64,000 nucleotides of DNA from Octopus vulgaris (GCA_951406725.2 OX597827.1:43586001-43650000); one strand, 5' to 3'. Positions 39,941 through 53,526 are shown, counted from the stretch's first letter. Program-made: numbers and translations. The notes: generated from the letters alone by a model not told the origin.

Positions 39941-40135
39941 TCATCATCATCATCATTGTTCGACCGTGGTCGAGACAATGGAATTTACCATGCTACGCCA
40001 GACTTCACGGTCCATCATGGCATTACGGAGGTCCTGTTGATGGATGCCTGTATCCCTGGAGATTACATCAGGGTAGGAGAGTGTGCGCCCTCTGGTATTG
40101 CGAGTAGATGGCTTCCAGAGGAGAAGAGTAGAAAT
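39941..40135 (-). mobile_element. RTE-type LINE 3' end with (TGA)n tail
   Basis: Minus: ISTLLLWKPSTRNTRGRTLSYPDVISRDTGIHQQDLRNAMMDREVWRSMVNSIVSTTVEQ* then TGATGATGA. Confidence 0.75.
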
Positions 40136-40910
40136 TACTTCTTTTTCAGCTCTACAACAATGTCCAGCAAACTGGACTCTCCTACCTTCATATCGTCATC
40201 GCTTTTTAACAGCAGAGTAAATATATCATTAAACATGAAGATTTTTAGTTTCTCATGTACGTATATACACCACTGAACGTCGTACTGCTGTAGATTTTGT
40301 TTTAGAGAAAATCTTTCCATTGATATGCAGTGTTAAAAGCATAATATGTATTGTAGTGAGATGACCGTCCTACCAGCAGAAACCTACAAGAACGTCAAAC
40401 GCGTTTTGGCCTGCTTGGACCTTGTCAATGACGTACACTTAACAATCACTTCTTTGTAAAAAAAAATTCGTAGTTTTCGATATATAGTAAACAGTGAATA
40501 ATATATTCACTGATACAGCGGAAGAGTACCGAGCTGAATAAAAATACAATTTACAGCATTGAAACGATATGAGATTAAAAAAAAAAAAACTATCAATGCT
40601 TTATACTGAATGGAGAACTGCTGACAGGCCTGATGCTGTGGTCGCTGTCTAAGAGAAAAAAAACCCTTCAGAGGCATGTTGTGTTGCAAAAATAATATAA
40701 ATCAAAGTGAAATGAATGCCATCCCAGCAGCATCGGCAGTCAATCCTGTGAAACGCTGCAGCGGCGCTGTTTTTCTCGGTCCCTTATATATCATGTTTCG
40801 TACACAGCATATCATTGAGGACATTTTTCTCTATGTCAGAAAAACGAAAAATAACAATTAAGTACAGCTAGCGTTTTATACACATTAAGTATGATTCAAA
40901 TACAGAGTAC

Positions 40911-41122
40911 CTTTAACTTTCACGCAGGATCCCGAATGGCCTCCGCAGATAGCTGTGGTGGTCATAACGATGTCTGTGGAGTTTAGGCTGCAGGAACTCA
41001 ACGAGGAATATCGCTTGTGGCCGGGCGACACCGGCTCGGATCCCGCCTTGGTCTTGAATGAGGCGTGGGAGATGGTGGAGTATACGGGCACAAGCGATGA
41101 TTGGGAGGAATAATGACAAGAG
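40911..41122 (-). CDS. Candidate coding exon, unknown Ser-rich protein (strand uncertain)
   Basis: GC-rich island; TTTTCCAG acceptor, AAG|GTAC donor, 70 open codons SCHYSSQSSLVPVY...KRYSSLSSCSLNSTD...CVKVK; no recognisable homology. Confidence 0.3.
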
Positions 41123-41541
41123 CTGGAAAAGCCTCAGTGTTATAATGTTTAATGTTTATTGCATGTTATTGTGTTTAAGAGGCTTAACGCCCCAATTCTT
41201 AAATGGATTATAAGTCCCAAAATTTGTAAAACTGAAGTAAGAGGTTCATTACCTCATTTTGTATTTTTCTGTTGAAAAAGAGAAGAGTATAATGTTTTAG
41301 AGAAGCAGAAAATAGGCGGGCGTTTTTTGTCTTCTCCCATTAATATCATCCTTATCATCATTCACCTCATCAATGTCGTTGTCCAGCCCACAAGCTACTC
41401 TGTATCATGCCTTTATGGCAAAATTTTTTGAAATAAAGTATGATTCATATATGACTATTTCAGTTTAACTCTTTCAATTGCGTACACTGAATAAAGTTTT
41501 AAATTTTTATTCGTAAAATACAATAGCAAATACGTAGATTG

Positions 41542-41833
41542 TGGAGGTGCAATGGCCCAGTGTTTAGAGCAGCGGACTCGCGGTCGGAGGATCGCGGTTT
41601 CGATTCCCAGACCGAGTGTTGTGTGTGTTTATTGAGCAAAAACACCTAGAAGCTCCACGAAGCTCCTGCAGGAGGAAATGACGACCTCTGTTGTACTCTT
41701 CCGCCACAACTTTCTTTCACTCTCTCTTGAGTAACGCTGCGATGGGCTGGCATTCAGTGCAGCTGGGGGGAACACATACGCCACAGAAACCGGGAAACTG
41801 GGCCCATGATCCTGGCTAGGCTTGAAAAAGGCG
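41542..41833 (+). mobile_element. SINE family C, alternative 3' tail
   Basis: Same head as 19215; tail GCTGCGATGGGCTGGC...CAGAAACCGGGAAA. Confidence 0.85.
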
Positions 41834-42354
41834 ACGTTTATCGTTTTAAATACGTAGATTGCTATGAACAATATAACAGAGAGTCCAAGACTTACTTAGT
41901 ATATGCACTTACAAAAAACAAAAAACAAAAAAACAAAAAAAAAACACCTAAGCAAATCAAAGTTAACTTTTGAAATAGAATCAGAAAACAAACTTCAGTA
42001 ATGATAACATTAAATCAAATCTGGAGAGGAAAATAAAAAATTACTCTTAGAAACTACACACAATATGAGCCATGCCTCTTAAATAATTCAGTATTTTCTG
42101 CGACTGTATTATCTTTGTATTTCTTTCCGTGATGTGGGTGATGAGGGATTCGGCACTGGAGATAGAGTGTTCGATTATTAATACTTCGTTTCACCGTTGG
42201 TTATTTAAAAAAAAAGTTTTTTTATAAAGTAAAGAAGAAAAAAATAATATACATATATAGTTTTTTTCATTGTACGATATTTGAATTTCTATTTCATTGG
42301 TAAGGAAATGCAGCAGACATTACTGAATGAGTAAAATGTGTGTGTGTGTGTGTG

Positions 42355-42399
<45 letters not shown>

Positions 42400-42510
42400 T
42401 ATATGTTTATATGTATATATATATATATATATACATGTGATCTCTTGAGCACCACCAGCACAAATATTTGTTTCCTCTGTCTTCCCTTCTTGGGATCTTT
42501 CCTTCTCCTT

Positions 42511-42545
42511 GTTTCCGACGAAGAGCTCGGCTCGAAACGTTAAAC
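42511..42545 (+). ncRNA. Minimal hammerhead-like motif lacking helix III loop, in element ~42435-42650
   Basis: gttt CCGACGA A GAGC tcg GCTC GAAAC GTT aaac. Confidence 0.55.
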
Positions 42546-42662
42546 CCTCCTTCCCTTCTTTCCTGAGCGTCAAATAATAATACTTTAATTGTTCCACGTC
42601 CTCGCGTTGCTGTTTTTTTCTGTGTTTTCTTGTTTGGATTAACTATATCTATATATATATCT

Positions 42663-42735
<73 letters not shown>

Positions 42736-43287
42736 CATACATACTTAAGGGTAGAATCATTAAACGATTGTATCAAGTGTCCAGCATGTAATAAAAACGA
42801 TATAGGTAACAATAATACAAATATATAATTATATTGATATGATCATAATAAAGGGCACTGATAAACAGCACCAACATGCTAGAAATAGACGCCAAATGGT
42901 TCTAAAACCACATCTTGTACTACTTTAGCACAGGTTGAAAGTGAGAAAATGAACAAGGAAGATTTTTTTCAAAAAGGGTTTTTTATAGATCGATTTATAG
43001 CTTAGATATATAAAATCCCTTTGCAAATATTTATACATACACATACATATACTGTATGCATAATACCTATCCACAAGTATATATACGAATATTCACACGT
43101 ACATACAAGTTAAATCTAAGTTATTCACTTCAACCACGTGCGTTTACGACCAAAATAATACCGCAATCAATACGTTGGTCGGAGTAAATAATATATATTT
43201 ATACATAATTAAGTATAAAATCATTAAAAAAGATTTTATCAATTGGCCAGCATATAACAAAAACAATTAATACAAATATATGATTAT

Positions 43288-43691
43288 ATTCTTTTATTCT
43301 TTTATTTGTGTTAGTCATTTAACTGCGGTCAAGCTTGAGCAGCGCCTTTTTAGCCGAACATATCGACCCTAGGGTTTATTCTTTGTAAGCACGGTACTTA
43401 GTCTATCGATCTCTTTTGCCGAACCTCTAGGTTTCGGGGACGTAAACACACTAATTTCGGTTGTCAAGTGATGGTGGAGAAACAAACACACGCACACAAA
43501 CATATATATATATATATATATATATATACGATGGGATTCTTTCAGTTTCCTATGCCAAATCAACTCGTAAGGCTTTTGTCGGCCCGAGGCTATAGTAGAA
43601 GACACTTCCACAAGGTGCCACGCAGGGGGACTGAACCCGGGCCCAGGTGGTTGGTAAGCAAGCAACTTACCGCACAGCCACTCCCACGCCT
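43288..43691 (-). mobile_element. SINE family A, full length
   Basis: Head, CORE-like block and tail all present. Confidence 0.85.
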
Positions 43692-43839
43692 ATATATACT
43701 GTATGTATAAAATTTATCTACGCATTTCTAATAATTAAAGTATTTTTACTTTTATCTTGTAAATATAATTTGTGCTGACGCAGGCATCCTCCGGCTTTCT
43801 TGCAATCTATGTTCTTTTTTTCTGTTTCGTTTTATCTAT

Positions 43840-43877
<38 letters not shown>

Positions 43878-44021
43878 CAAAGACACAAACGCTTAGGTAC
43901 GTTTATACATATATATATACTAATATGTAGAAATATACAAGCACACACACACAAACAGAAACTCTACAGAAAGATTAATGCATTAAGAATAAGGTCGCCT
44001 ACTTGGTGCGAACATTTTATG

Positions 44022-44076
<55 letters not shown>

Positions 44077-44323
44077 ATACATACAAACATTTACATGTAT
44101 GTATTTTTGCATATGCATGCATACGTACACACACACAAATATATATATATATGTACACGTATGTACATATATATATATCTATATCTATATCTATATTTAT
44201 ATATATACATATATTGTGTGTATATATGTATGTATATATATATATAAACATATACGTATCTAACTATATATATATATATATAGTATATATGTGTGTGTAT
44301 CTATCTATCTATCTATATCTATA

Positions 44324-44364
<41 letters not shown>

Positions 44365-44879
44365 AGTGGATATATATATTACACATATATATACATACAT
44401 ATGTGTGTGCGTGTGCGTGTGTGCGTGTGCGTCGTTATGTGTATGTATGTATACATAATATAATGTGTATGTGCGCGCGCTCGCCTTCATAGATAGAAAA
44501 TGAAATGTCATATTATCTTCCAGAACCAAAGAACGAAACCACTCCTACATCCACCTAACCCACCCAGCTAACTGACCCACCGAACCACCGTCCCATCAAC
44601 CAACCAACCAACCCTCCAATTCTCTCCTCTCGTGTCCTTTCAAATTCTATTAAAGGAATTACACGAAGCATTATGATTTACTGTTTTCATTGCACCGGAG
44701 CCAAGTGTCAAAGAACAAAACGCGACAGACAGACCAAAGTGCACATACTATATATCCATTTACAGACTTTTAGATGGAATTCTACAGAAAACTTAAAATT
44801 TCCCATCGAAATTGGAATGGAATGCAATCATTTGTTTTTATTTTATTATAGTTCTTTTATCTTTTTTTTTCTACTTTGA

Positions 44880-44950
44880 CTTCTTTCAGTATTTGGACTG
44901 CGACCATACTAGAGCATGGCCTTCGAGGTTTCTTTGATCAAATTGAGCCC

Positions 44951-45016
<66 letters not shown>

Positions 45017-45220
45017 AGGTTGAAAAGGAACACACGAGTTGATATATATGGATAAAAAGTCAAGATAGAAAATGCTAAAATATTTTTATAAAAAAACATT
45101 TCAGTACCGGTTTCAGTCATTGAAACTTTTTCAACTGCAAATATGGAAAACAATTAAATTTGGGAAAAATTATATATAGTTAGTCATCGGTTGTCAAGCG
45201 ATGTTGAGGAGACAAACACA

Positions 45221-45308
<88 letters not shown>

Positions 45309-45474
45309 TACGACAAAGCCTCTTTCAGTTTCCGTCTACCAAATCCACTCACAAGGCTTTGTTCGGTCCGAGGCTATAGTAGAAGACACTTGCCCAAAGT
45401 GCCATGCGGGGGGAATGAACCTGGAACCATGTGGTTGGTAAGCAAGCTACTTACCACACAGCCACTCCTACGCC
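44880..45474 (-). mobile_element. SINE family A split by microsatellite and a Penelope-like short element (~45015-45180)
   Basis: 3' fragment 44880-44950; 5' part 45185-45474. Confidence 0.7.
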
Positions 45475-45796
45475 TTTACTCACTGCTCTTCATGGTGTAC
45501 GTTCAGATCCACTTCACCTGTCATTCTTCTGGGAGGCGGGTCGATAAAAATAAAGTACCATGGTAGTACTGGATTCGGGATACTCAGCCGTTTAGTTCCC
45601 TCCTGTGCTTAATATAAGAAAATATTTAATTATAGCTGTAAGTGATTCAAATCTTTTATTCATCTGTTATTTTTCTGAGGTCGATAAAATAAATTAATAA
45701 TGAAGTATTTGATTCGGTATACTCGACTGAGTTTTTACCTTCAAGTATTTGGTCATGTACTTAGGTAAGAGATAACTCTACTAAGAAGGTTCCTTA

Positions 45797-46023
45797 CCTA
45801 TTTCTTTACTACCCACAAGGGGCTAAGCACGGAGAGAACAAACAAGGACAGACACACGGATTAAGTCGATTATAACGACCCCAGTGCGTAACTGCTGCTT
45901 ATTTAATCGACCCCGAAAGGATGAAAGGCAAAGTCGACCTCGGCGGAATTTGAACTCAGAACGTAACGGCAAACGAAATACGGCTACACATTTCGCCCGG
46001 CGTGCTAACGTGTCTGCCAGCTC
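45797..46023 (-). mobile_element. SINE family B
   Basis: Near-identical to 24577-24790 and 48166-48391. Confidence 0.9.
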
Positions 46024-46499
46024 AAGGTTCTTTACCGATTGAACTCGAATTCTGCCGAAGTTGGCTTTGCGTTTCGACATCCTGGGACCGATAAAACAGT
46101 TAGAGCAGTCACAGCACCGGGGGAAAGGAGATTGAGTGCTTTTTATAAGACAAACCTAGAAGTAAATAGAGTTACAGCAGAAGACACTGAAAGAACAGAT
46201 CAGATATGAAAAGTATGGAAGCTGATAAGAAAAGATGCTACACAATTTGTGTGATGTTGTCGTTGTTGTTGTTGTTGCTGTTATCGTTGCCATTATGGTT
46301 GCTATTGCTGTTGTTATTCCTCTTGTTGGTAAAGTTGTTGTTGTAGTTGTTGTTGTTGATGATGATTATTTCTTTTGTTTCCTGACAGAAAAGCTACGCA
46401 ACATTAATTTCGTGTCTATGGTAAAAGTGAGAGATGGAGGAGGGGAAAAAAATATAATATAAAAGCAAGCAAAGTTGGTGTTGAACAGAGAAAGGTCGG

Positions 46500-46758
46500 T
46501 GTGGTAGCGGTAATGGTGATAGTGGTGGCAGTGACGGTGGTGGTGGTGGTGGTGGTGGTGGTGGTGGTGGTGGTGGTGGTGGTGGTGGTGGTGGTGATGG
46601 CGTGGTGATAGTGGTGGTGGTGGCGTGGGGGTGGGGGTGCGGAGGGGGATAGTGTTCTTTTAACAGAATTTAATCTGATAAACATTTGCTCTCTGACATG
46701 GTTTTTGTAAAGTAGTTCAGATTCTGTCTATGTTTGTCTGCCCAACAAGTATGTATGC

Positions 46759-46791
<33 letters not shown>

Positions 46792-46919
46792 TGTATGTAT
46801 GTATGTATGTATGTATGTACGTATGTATTTATGTATGTATGTATATATATGTATATATACGTGTATATATATATACACACACATATATGCACACATACAT
46901 ACAAACATCTCTCTCTCTC

Positions 46920-46977
<58 letters not shown>

Positions 46978-47051
46978 GATAGATAGATAGATATGTTTGT
47001 ATGTATGTGTGCATATATGCGTATATATATGCATGTATATATATATGTGTG

Positions 47052-47117
<66 letters not shown>

Positions 47118-47210
47118 TATATACATATATATATATATGTATATATATAGATATGTATATGAATATATGTATGTATGTACGTATATATGTGTACATACGT
47201 ATATACATAT
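46500..47210. repeat. (GGT)n and compound (TATG)n/(TA)n microsatellites
   Basis: Directly visible. Confidence 0.9.
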
Positions 47211-47759
47211 ATTTGGTCATGTACTAACATACGATATATATATGCACTGACACTCAGAAGCTTATACACACGCACGCGCTTGCGCACACGTATACATATG
47301 CGTTTAGTGTTGACTGTCAGAAGAAAAAGTACTCGATACCATACTAGAGATTAATATTTTTGGCAGTCTCTTTGCAGCTCTGAAATTTCGCCGGTGTGTG
47401 TTCACAAGAGATGTGTGTGTAACGTGTGGCTGTGAGAGTATATGTATGTATATGTGTGTATATGTATATATATATATTGTGTGTGTGTGTGAGTGTGTGT
47501 GTGTGTGTGTGTGTTGTGTTTTCTTTTTTATTTGATTCAGTCTCTGGACACCGGCTGCGCTACAGCAACGCGTTGAAGAGTTTAGACGAGCAAATTGACC
47601 TCAGTAAATATTTTCAAGCCAGCTATAGCTCTCTTATTAGCGAACTGCTAGCTTACGGGAACATAAACAAACCAGCGCCGAATGTCAAGTGGTAATGGGG
47701 AAAGAAACACAACCACAAAAACACACATAGATATATACGTAATACATATAATATAAACG

Positions 47760-48005
47760 GAGGAGGCGCGTGGCTTAGTGATTAAGGTGTTTTACGCATG
47801 ATCGTAAGATTGCGGTTTCGATTCATGGAGGAGGCAACGTGTTGTGTTCTTGAGCAATACTTTTCATTTCACATCGCTCTAGTTCAGTCAGCTGGCAAAA
47901 TTTCTAATCCTGCGACGGACCTGTGTCCCATCTAAGAGCAGGGTGGAGGTTATATACGCGACAACATCTGGGAAACCAACCACATGACCCTTATGGCTTG
48001 AGAAG
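47760..48005 (+). mobile_element. Diverged tRNA-headed SINE (family C related)
   Basis: GGAGGCGCGTGGCTTAGTG...GCGGTTTCGATTC...CTTGAGCAA. Confidence 0.65.
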
Positions 48006-48165
48006 GATACACGACGGGTTTCTTTTACTTTTCGTCTACCAAATACCATATTGTATTGAGTCCCGTTCATTTGGTCTAGGAATTAAGCGCTAAGGGTATA
48101 AGTCTGGTGTGGGGTACTCAGCCACTACACGATGACAACTAATACTACTATTGCTACTACTACTT

Positions 48166-48391
48166 ATTTCTTGCCCACAAGGGCTAAACATAGAGGGGAC
48201 AAACAAGGACAGACAAACAGATTAAGTCGATTAACTCGACCCCAGTGCGTAACTGGTACTTTTTTAATCGACCCCGAAAGGATGAAAGGCAAAATCGACC
48301 TCGACGGAATTTGAACTCAGAATGTAACGGCAGACGAAATACCGCTAAGCATTTCGCCCGGCGTGCTAACGTTTCTGCCAGCTCGCCGCCT
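48166..48391 (-). mobile_element. SINE family B with intact head
   Basis: Minus: GGCGGCGAGCTGGCAGAAACGTTAGCACGCCGGGCG...GAGTTCAAATTCCG. Confidence 0.9.
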
Positions 48392-48809
48392 ACAACTACA
48401 ATAACAACAACAACAACAACTACTACTACTACTATCATTCCTACGACACCCGCCATCACTCGTCACCTTTGTCACCGTTGTCACAACTATACTTCAACTG
48501 CCAGCGTCATCAACTCCAGTCCCACGATCTGCCCCTGGAAAGGCAGACAAATACCCTTAAAATGTCATCCTGCCGTTTTCAAAATAAAATATTCGGTGGT
48601 GGGGTGTAAGCCATATTGGATAATATTCACCACATCTCAGGGGTCGACCTGGACCTAGATAACGGCAGCCACAAGAGCAACAACGATTACCACTACTATC
48701 AATGCAGCTAGTGACCATTCATACTAGTCGTACAAACATCTCGAGAAACGCTGTCACCAGAAACCACTACGTGTGCTATTAGAATCATTACAATATCATC
48801 GATACTGAG

Positions 48810-48832
48810 TTACTGCTGCTGCTGCTGCTGCA

Positions 48833-48882
<50 letters not shown>

Positions 48883-48927
48883 CACCACCACCACCACCAC
48901 CACCACCACCACCACTACTATTATTAC

Positions 48928-49014
<87 letters not shown>

Positions 49015-49015
49015 A

Positions 49016-49048
<33 letters not shown>

Positions 49049-49321
49049 TCTATTACTACTACTGCAACTACTACTATGACGACTACTACTACAATTACTA
49101 CTACTACTACTACCGCTACTACTACAATTACTACTACTACTACTACCACTACTACTACAATTATTACTACTACTACTGCTGATACTATTACTACGATTAC
49201 TACTACTACTGAAACTACTACTGCTACTACTACTACTATTACTACTACTACTACTACGACGACGACGACGCCGACTACTACTACTACAACTACAACAACT
49301 ACTACTACTACTACCACCACC

Positions 49322-49355
<34 letters not shown>

Positions 49356-49356
49356 T
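48810..49356. repeat. (TAC)n/(CAC)n trinucleotide array
   Basis: Directly visible. Confidence 0.95.
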
Positions 49357-50237
49357 TCATGTTCCTCCTTTCCTTCAAATACTGCTTCTCACCATTCGTT
49401 ATTTCTCTCCTCAACACTCACTCACTGCTAACACCTACTATCTCAAGCGCACACATACATACATACATACATACTTACGCACACACATACATACATAGAT
49501 GTATGTATATATGTGTGTGTATGTGTGTGTCTGTATTTATGTGTGTATATATGTAAATATATGTGTGTGTGTGTATACACATATATTACATATATGTATA
49601 TATGAGTGTAAATACAAACACACACACACACACACACAGAGTCCATTACCTTATCACTGAATCTTTTCTCGAGCAATCATTGCTTTATTTATCTCCCCAT
49701 TTCTAACCTCATCTAACATACACTGTTTGATGGTATTGATGATGGCGTTGATGGTATTGGTAGTGATAATGGTGATGCTGATGGTGTTGGTGGCGTAGTT
49801 ATTGTTTCCGGTGTTGTTGTTGTTGTTGCTGTTGTTGTTGATAATGGTGGTGGTGGTGGATTTTCGTTGATAATATTCTAGTTCTAAGATAATATTGTAA
49901 CAGTCATTGTTGTTGTTGTTGCTGTTGTTGTTGCTACTGCTGTTGTGGTCTGGTCCCTACGGTCAACCAAGATCGAGAAGACGAATGATCAACGACATTC
50001 AAACCGTGACCATCCCGACTTTTCCACAATGTACAGAAAACGTTGTACCACGTTATATAACGTTTGCTGGTATTGTTTGAGAAACAGTTGATTGTAAATT
50101 AAAGGATACCCGGCTGTTATTTCTAGCAGCTTGAGCGACCACACAGGGTTCCTTTGTTGATACGTTTTTAATTCTTTTTTAATCTTTTATATGATATCAT
50201 TGCTACGAACGTGTTTTTTTTGGTGTTGGTGATATTA

Positions 50238-50277
<40 letters not shown>

Positions 50278-50359
50278 CATTATTATTATTATTATTATTA
50301 TCATTATTATTATTATTATTATCATCATTATTATTATTGTCATTATTATTATTATTATC

Positions 50360-50406
<47 letters not shown>

Positions 50407-50407
<1 letters not shown>

Positions 50408-50962
50408 GAGTGAGAGAGCAGTGCATGCCATCAAAGTGACACTGGGGTAAAATATACGAAGCCCAATATACCCATCATGACTACACGTCTGATAAGGGCA
50501 CACCAGGCACATGCATCACAACCATATGTGCGCGGCATGGTGATCTCATATCAAGATAAACTGCACATGACCTTGCAGGTGGGGCCCAGTTAGAATTTTC
50601 TTCAGGTTGAGTAGCCCATCCCGCTCAAACGGTCCCTGAATAAGGGTTGTTTAAGGATGTTGAAAAACCCACCCATGTCTCCAGAGGTGAATTATTCAAA
50701 CCCCAAAGAATCCCTCTCAACACATGGCTATGATGCTCCCCCACTACTTCTGCTCGTGATCAGAGATACACATATCGTCAGCCACTAAGGGACATGCTCA
50801 ACTGGTTAAGGTCAAACAACTGACAAGCAAATCTGTGGTATTGAGCAGAATATTTGCTGTAGCCCATCTTTTATACCAAGACAGAACAATGTACATGATA
50901 ACACTTCCAATCAGTTAAGATCAGAAGCCATGAGAGCTTCTGCCTGGTACTGCATCAGGGCC
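50407..50962 (-). mobile_element. ~550-bp (TAA)n-embedded element, copy 2
   Basis: Reverse complement of 4071-4602; (TTA)n on both sides. Confidence 0.9.
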
Positions 50963-51036
<74 letters not shown>

Positions 51037-51039
51037 GAT

Positions 51040-51592
51040 TGAGTGAGAGAGCAGTGCATGTCATCAAAGTGACACTGGGGTAGAATATACGAAGCCTAGT
51101 ATACCCATCATGACTACCCGTCTAATAAGGGTTCACTAGGCACATGCATTCCAACCATATGTGCTCGACACGGTGATCTCATATCAAGATAAACAGCGCA
51201 TGTCCTTGCAGGTGGGGCCCAGTTAGAATTTTCATCTGGTCGAGTAGCCCATCCCGCTCAAAAGGTCCCTGAATAAGGGTTGTTTAAGGATGTTCAACGA
51301 ACCACCCATGTTTCCAGAGGTGAATTATTCAAACCCCAAAGAATCCATCTCAACACATGGCTATGATGCTCCCCCACTACTTCTGCTCGTGATCAGAGAT
51401 GCACATATCGTCAGTCACTAAGGAACATGCTCAATGGGTTAAGGTCAAACAACTGACAAGCAAATCTATGGTATTGAGCAGAATATTTGCTGTAGCCCAT
51501 CTTTTATACCAAGACAAAACAATGTACATGACAACACTTCCAATCAGTTAAGATCAGAAGCCACGAGAGCCACTGCCTGGTACTGCATCACG
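51040..51592 (-). mobile_element. ~550-bp (TAA)n-embedded element, copy 3
   Basis: Tandem to copy 2, separated by (TTA)n; scattered substitutions between copies. Confidence 0.9.
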
Positions 51593-51627
51593 CATTATTG
51601 CTATTATTATTATTATTATCATCATCG

Positions 51628-51661
<34 letters not shown>

Positions 51662-51721
51662 GATCATCATCATCATCATCACCATCATCATCACCATCAT
51701 CATCATCATCATCATCATATC

Positions 51722-52578
51722 AAGGCTGCAAGCTGGCAGAATCGTTAGAGCGCAGGACGAAATGCATCACAGTATTTTGCCTATCGCTATGTTCTGCGTT
51801 CAAATTCCGCCGAGATCAAAGTCGATACAAATTAAGTACCAGTGAAGTACTGGGTTCGATGTATCGACTATCTCCCTCCCCAAAATTTCAGGTCTTGTGC
51901 CTATAGTTGGAAGTATCATGTCAAGGCGGCGAGCTGGCAGAGTCGTTTGCACGCCGGGCAAAATGCTTAGTGGCATTTCGTCGATCGCTATATTCCGCGT
52001 TCAAATTCCCCCAAGGTCACCTTTGCCTTTCATCCTTTCGGGGTCGATAAATTTAAGTACTAGTGATACACTGGGGTCGGTGTAATCGACTTGTCCCCTT
52101 CCAAAAATATCAGGCCTTGTGCCTATAGTAGAAACGATAACCGTTAGCACGCTGGAAGAAATACTTCACCGTGTTTCGTCGATCGCTATATTCTGCGTTC
52201 ATATTCAACTGAAGTCGACTTTGCTCGTCATCCTTTCGGGGGTCGATAAATTTAAGTACCAGTGATACACTGGGGTCGATGTAATCGACTACTCCCCTCC
52301 TCCAAATTTTTTCAGGCCTTGTGCCTATAGTAGAGAGGGTTATTATCGTTATGTAGCAGCAAGTCGGATGGTACATTGGTTGTAAATTTTTGTCTCAAGG
52401 TCAGCAGCTTCGAGTGAGGCGGTTAAGTCGATTACATAGACCCCTGTGTATCACTGGTATTTAAAATATCGACAATAAAATGATGAAAGGTAAATTCGAC
52501 CTCGACGGAATTTGAACTCAGTATGTGAGCGTGGATGAAAATGACGGCGTGCTAATGATTCTGCCAGCACGACGTCTT
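51722..52578 (+). mobile_element. Cluster of SINE family B copies (three tandem on +, one on -)
   Basis: Repeated GCTGGCAGA...GTTCAAATTCC...GGGGTCGATAAATTTAAGTAC...CAGGCCTTGTGCCTATAGTAGA units. Confidence 0.8.
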
Positions 52579-52916
52579 AAGGCCCCATGATATATTGGGT
52601 AACAGCCATGCTGGAGTATCGCCGCGAGTCTACCAGATCTACTCAAAGACTTTTAAACCACGAATAATGATAATTACTTCGATTCACCATTATTATAATT
52701 AAAACAATTTAATTGAGCTGATAAGCTTGTCCTCCCTTGGATTTGTTTTCTTGCCCCTGTAGTTTATACCGACTAGCTCGCAATTAGGCTGCGACTTCCC
52801 AGTTCTGGTCCCCGTTGTGAACTTGGATCCGAGTAGCTTATCAATTGGAGCACTAACACAACGTACCTGTTGGCTTCGATCATCAGTGGCCCTAAGCCCT
52901 TCGTATTCTCTCTCTC

Positions 52917-52962
<46 letters not shown>

Positions 52963-53355
52963 AACATATATGGAAATACAAGAGTAGAAAAACAACAAGC
53001 AACTGATGAAGGGTCGTTCTTTATGCTGTTTTCCATTTGTGTCTTTCGTTGTTCGATAAAAAAATAGTTCATATTCCATGTACTCGTACTTCGCTTTTTT
53101 TTGTTGTACACGTTTCATGACGTCCTGTGCCCACATATGCATATATATATATACGTATAGATGTAAGTATGTACATATATGTATGTATATATGCATATAT
53201 ATATTATTTATATTATATTATATATATATATATATTCGATGGGCTTCTTTCAGTTTCCATCTAGCAGATCCACTCACAAGGATTTGGTCAGCCTGATGCT
53301 ATGATAGAAGACACTTGCCCAGGGTGCCACGCAGTGGTTCATACATTCTGTATAC

Positions 53356-53386
<31 letters not shown>

Positions 53387-53387
53387 T

Positions 53388-53419
<32 letters not shown>

Positions 53420-53483
53420 AGATGCGCATGTATGTGCGCCTGCGTGAATATATATATATTGAAACGATTTGAAAATCGGAAAT

Positions 53484-53526
53484 CCACCTGAAGATTGTCG
53501 TTCAAGACATGAAACAATTGTAGTGG
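53484..53526 (+). ncRNA. Type I hammerhead ribozyme motif (family 2)
   Basis: ccac CTGAAGA T TGTC gttcaa GACA T GAAAC AATT GTA gtgg; element ~53460-53705 between TA runs. Confidence 0.75.

Noticed and set aside
40150-40220. Small plus-strand exon candidate (TTTTTCAG...ATGTCCAGC...GTAAAT)
   Set aside because: Weak donor, short length and adjacency to an RTE insertion; insufficient without RNA data.
48788-49498. Poly-Ser/Gly, poly-Val and poly-Thr ORFs (also 14652-15247, 61454-62018, 62840-63340)
   Set aside because: Trinucleotide microsatellites open in several frames on both strands; no unique coding flanks.
53003-53130. CTGATGA as a possible hammerhead core
   Set aside because: No downstream GAAA with a closing helix II or cleavage triplet found.
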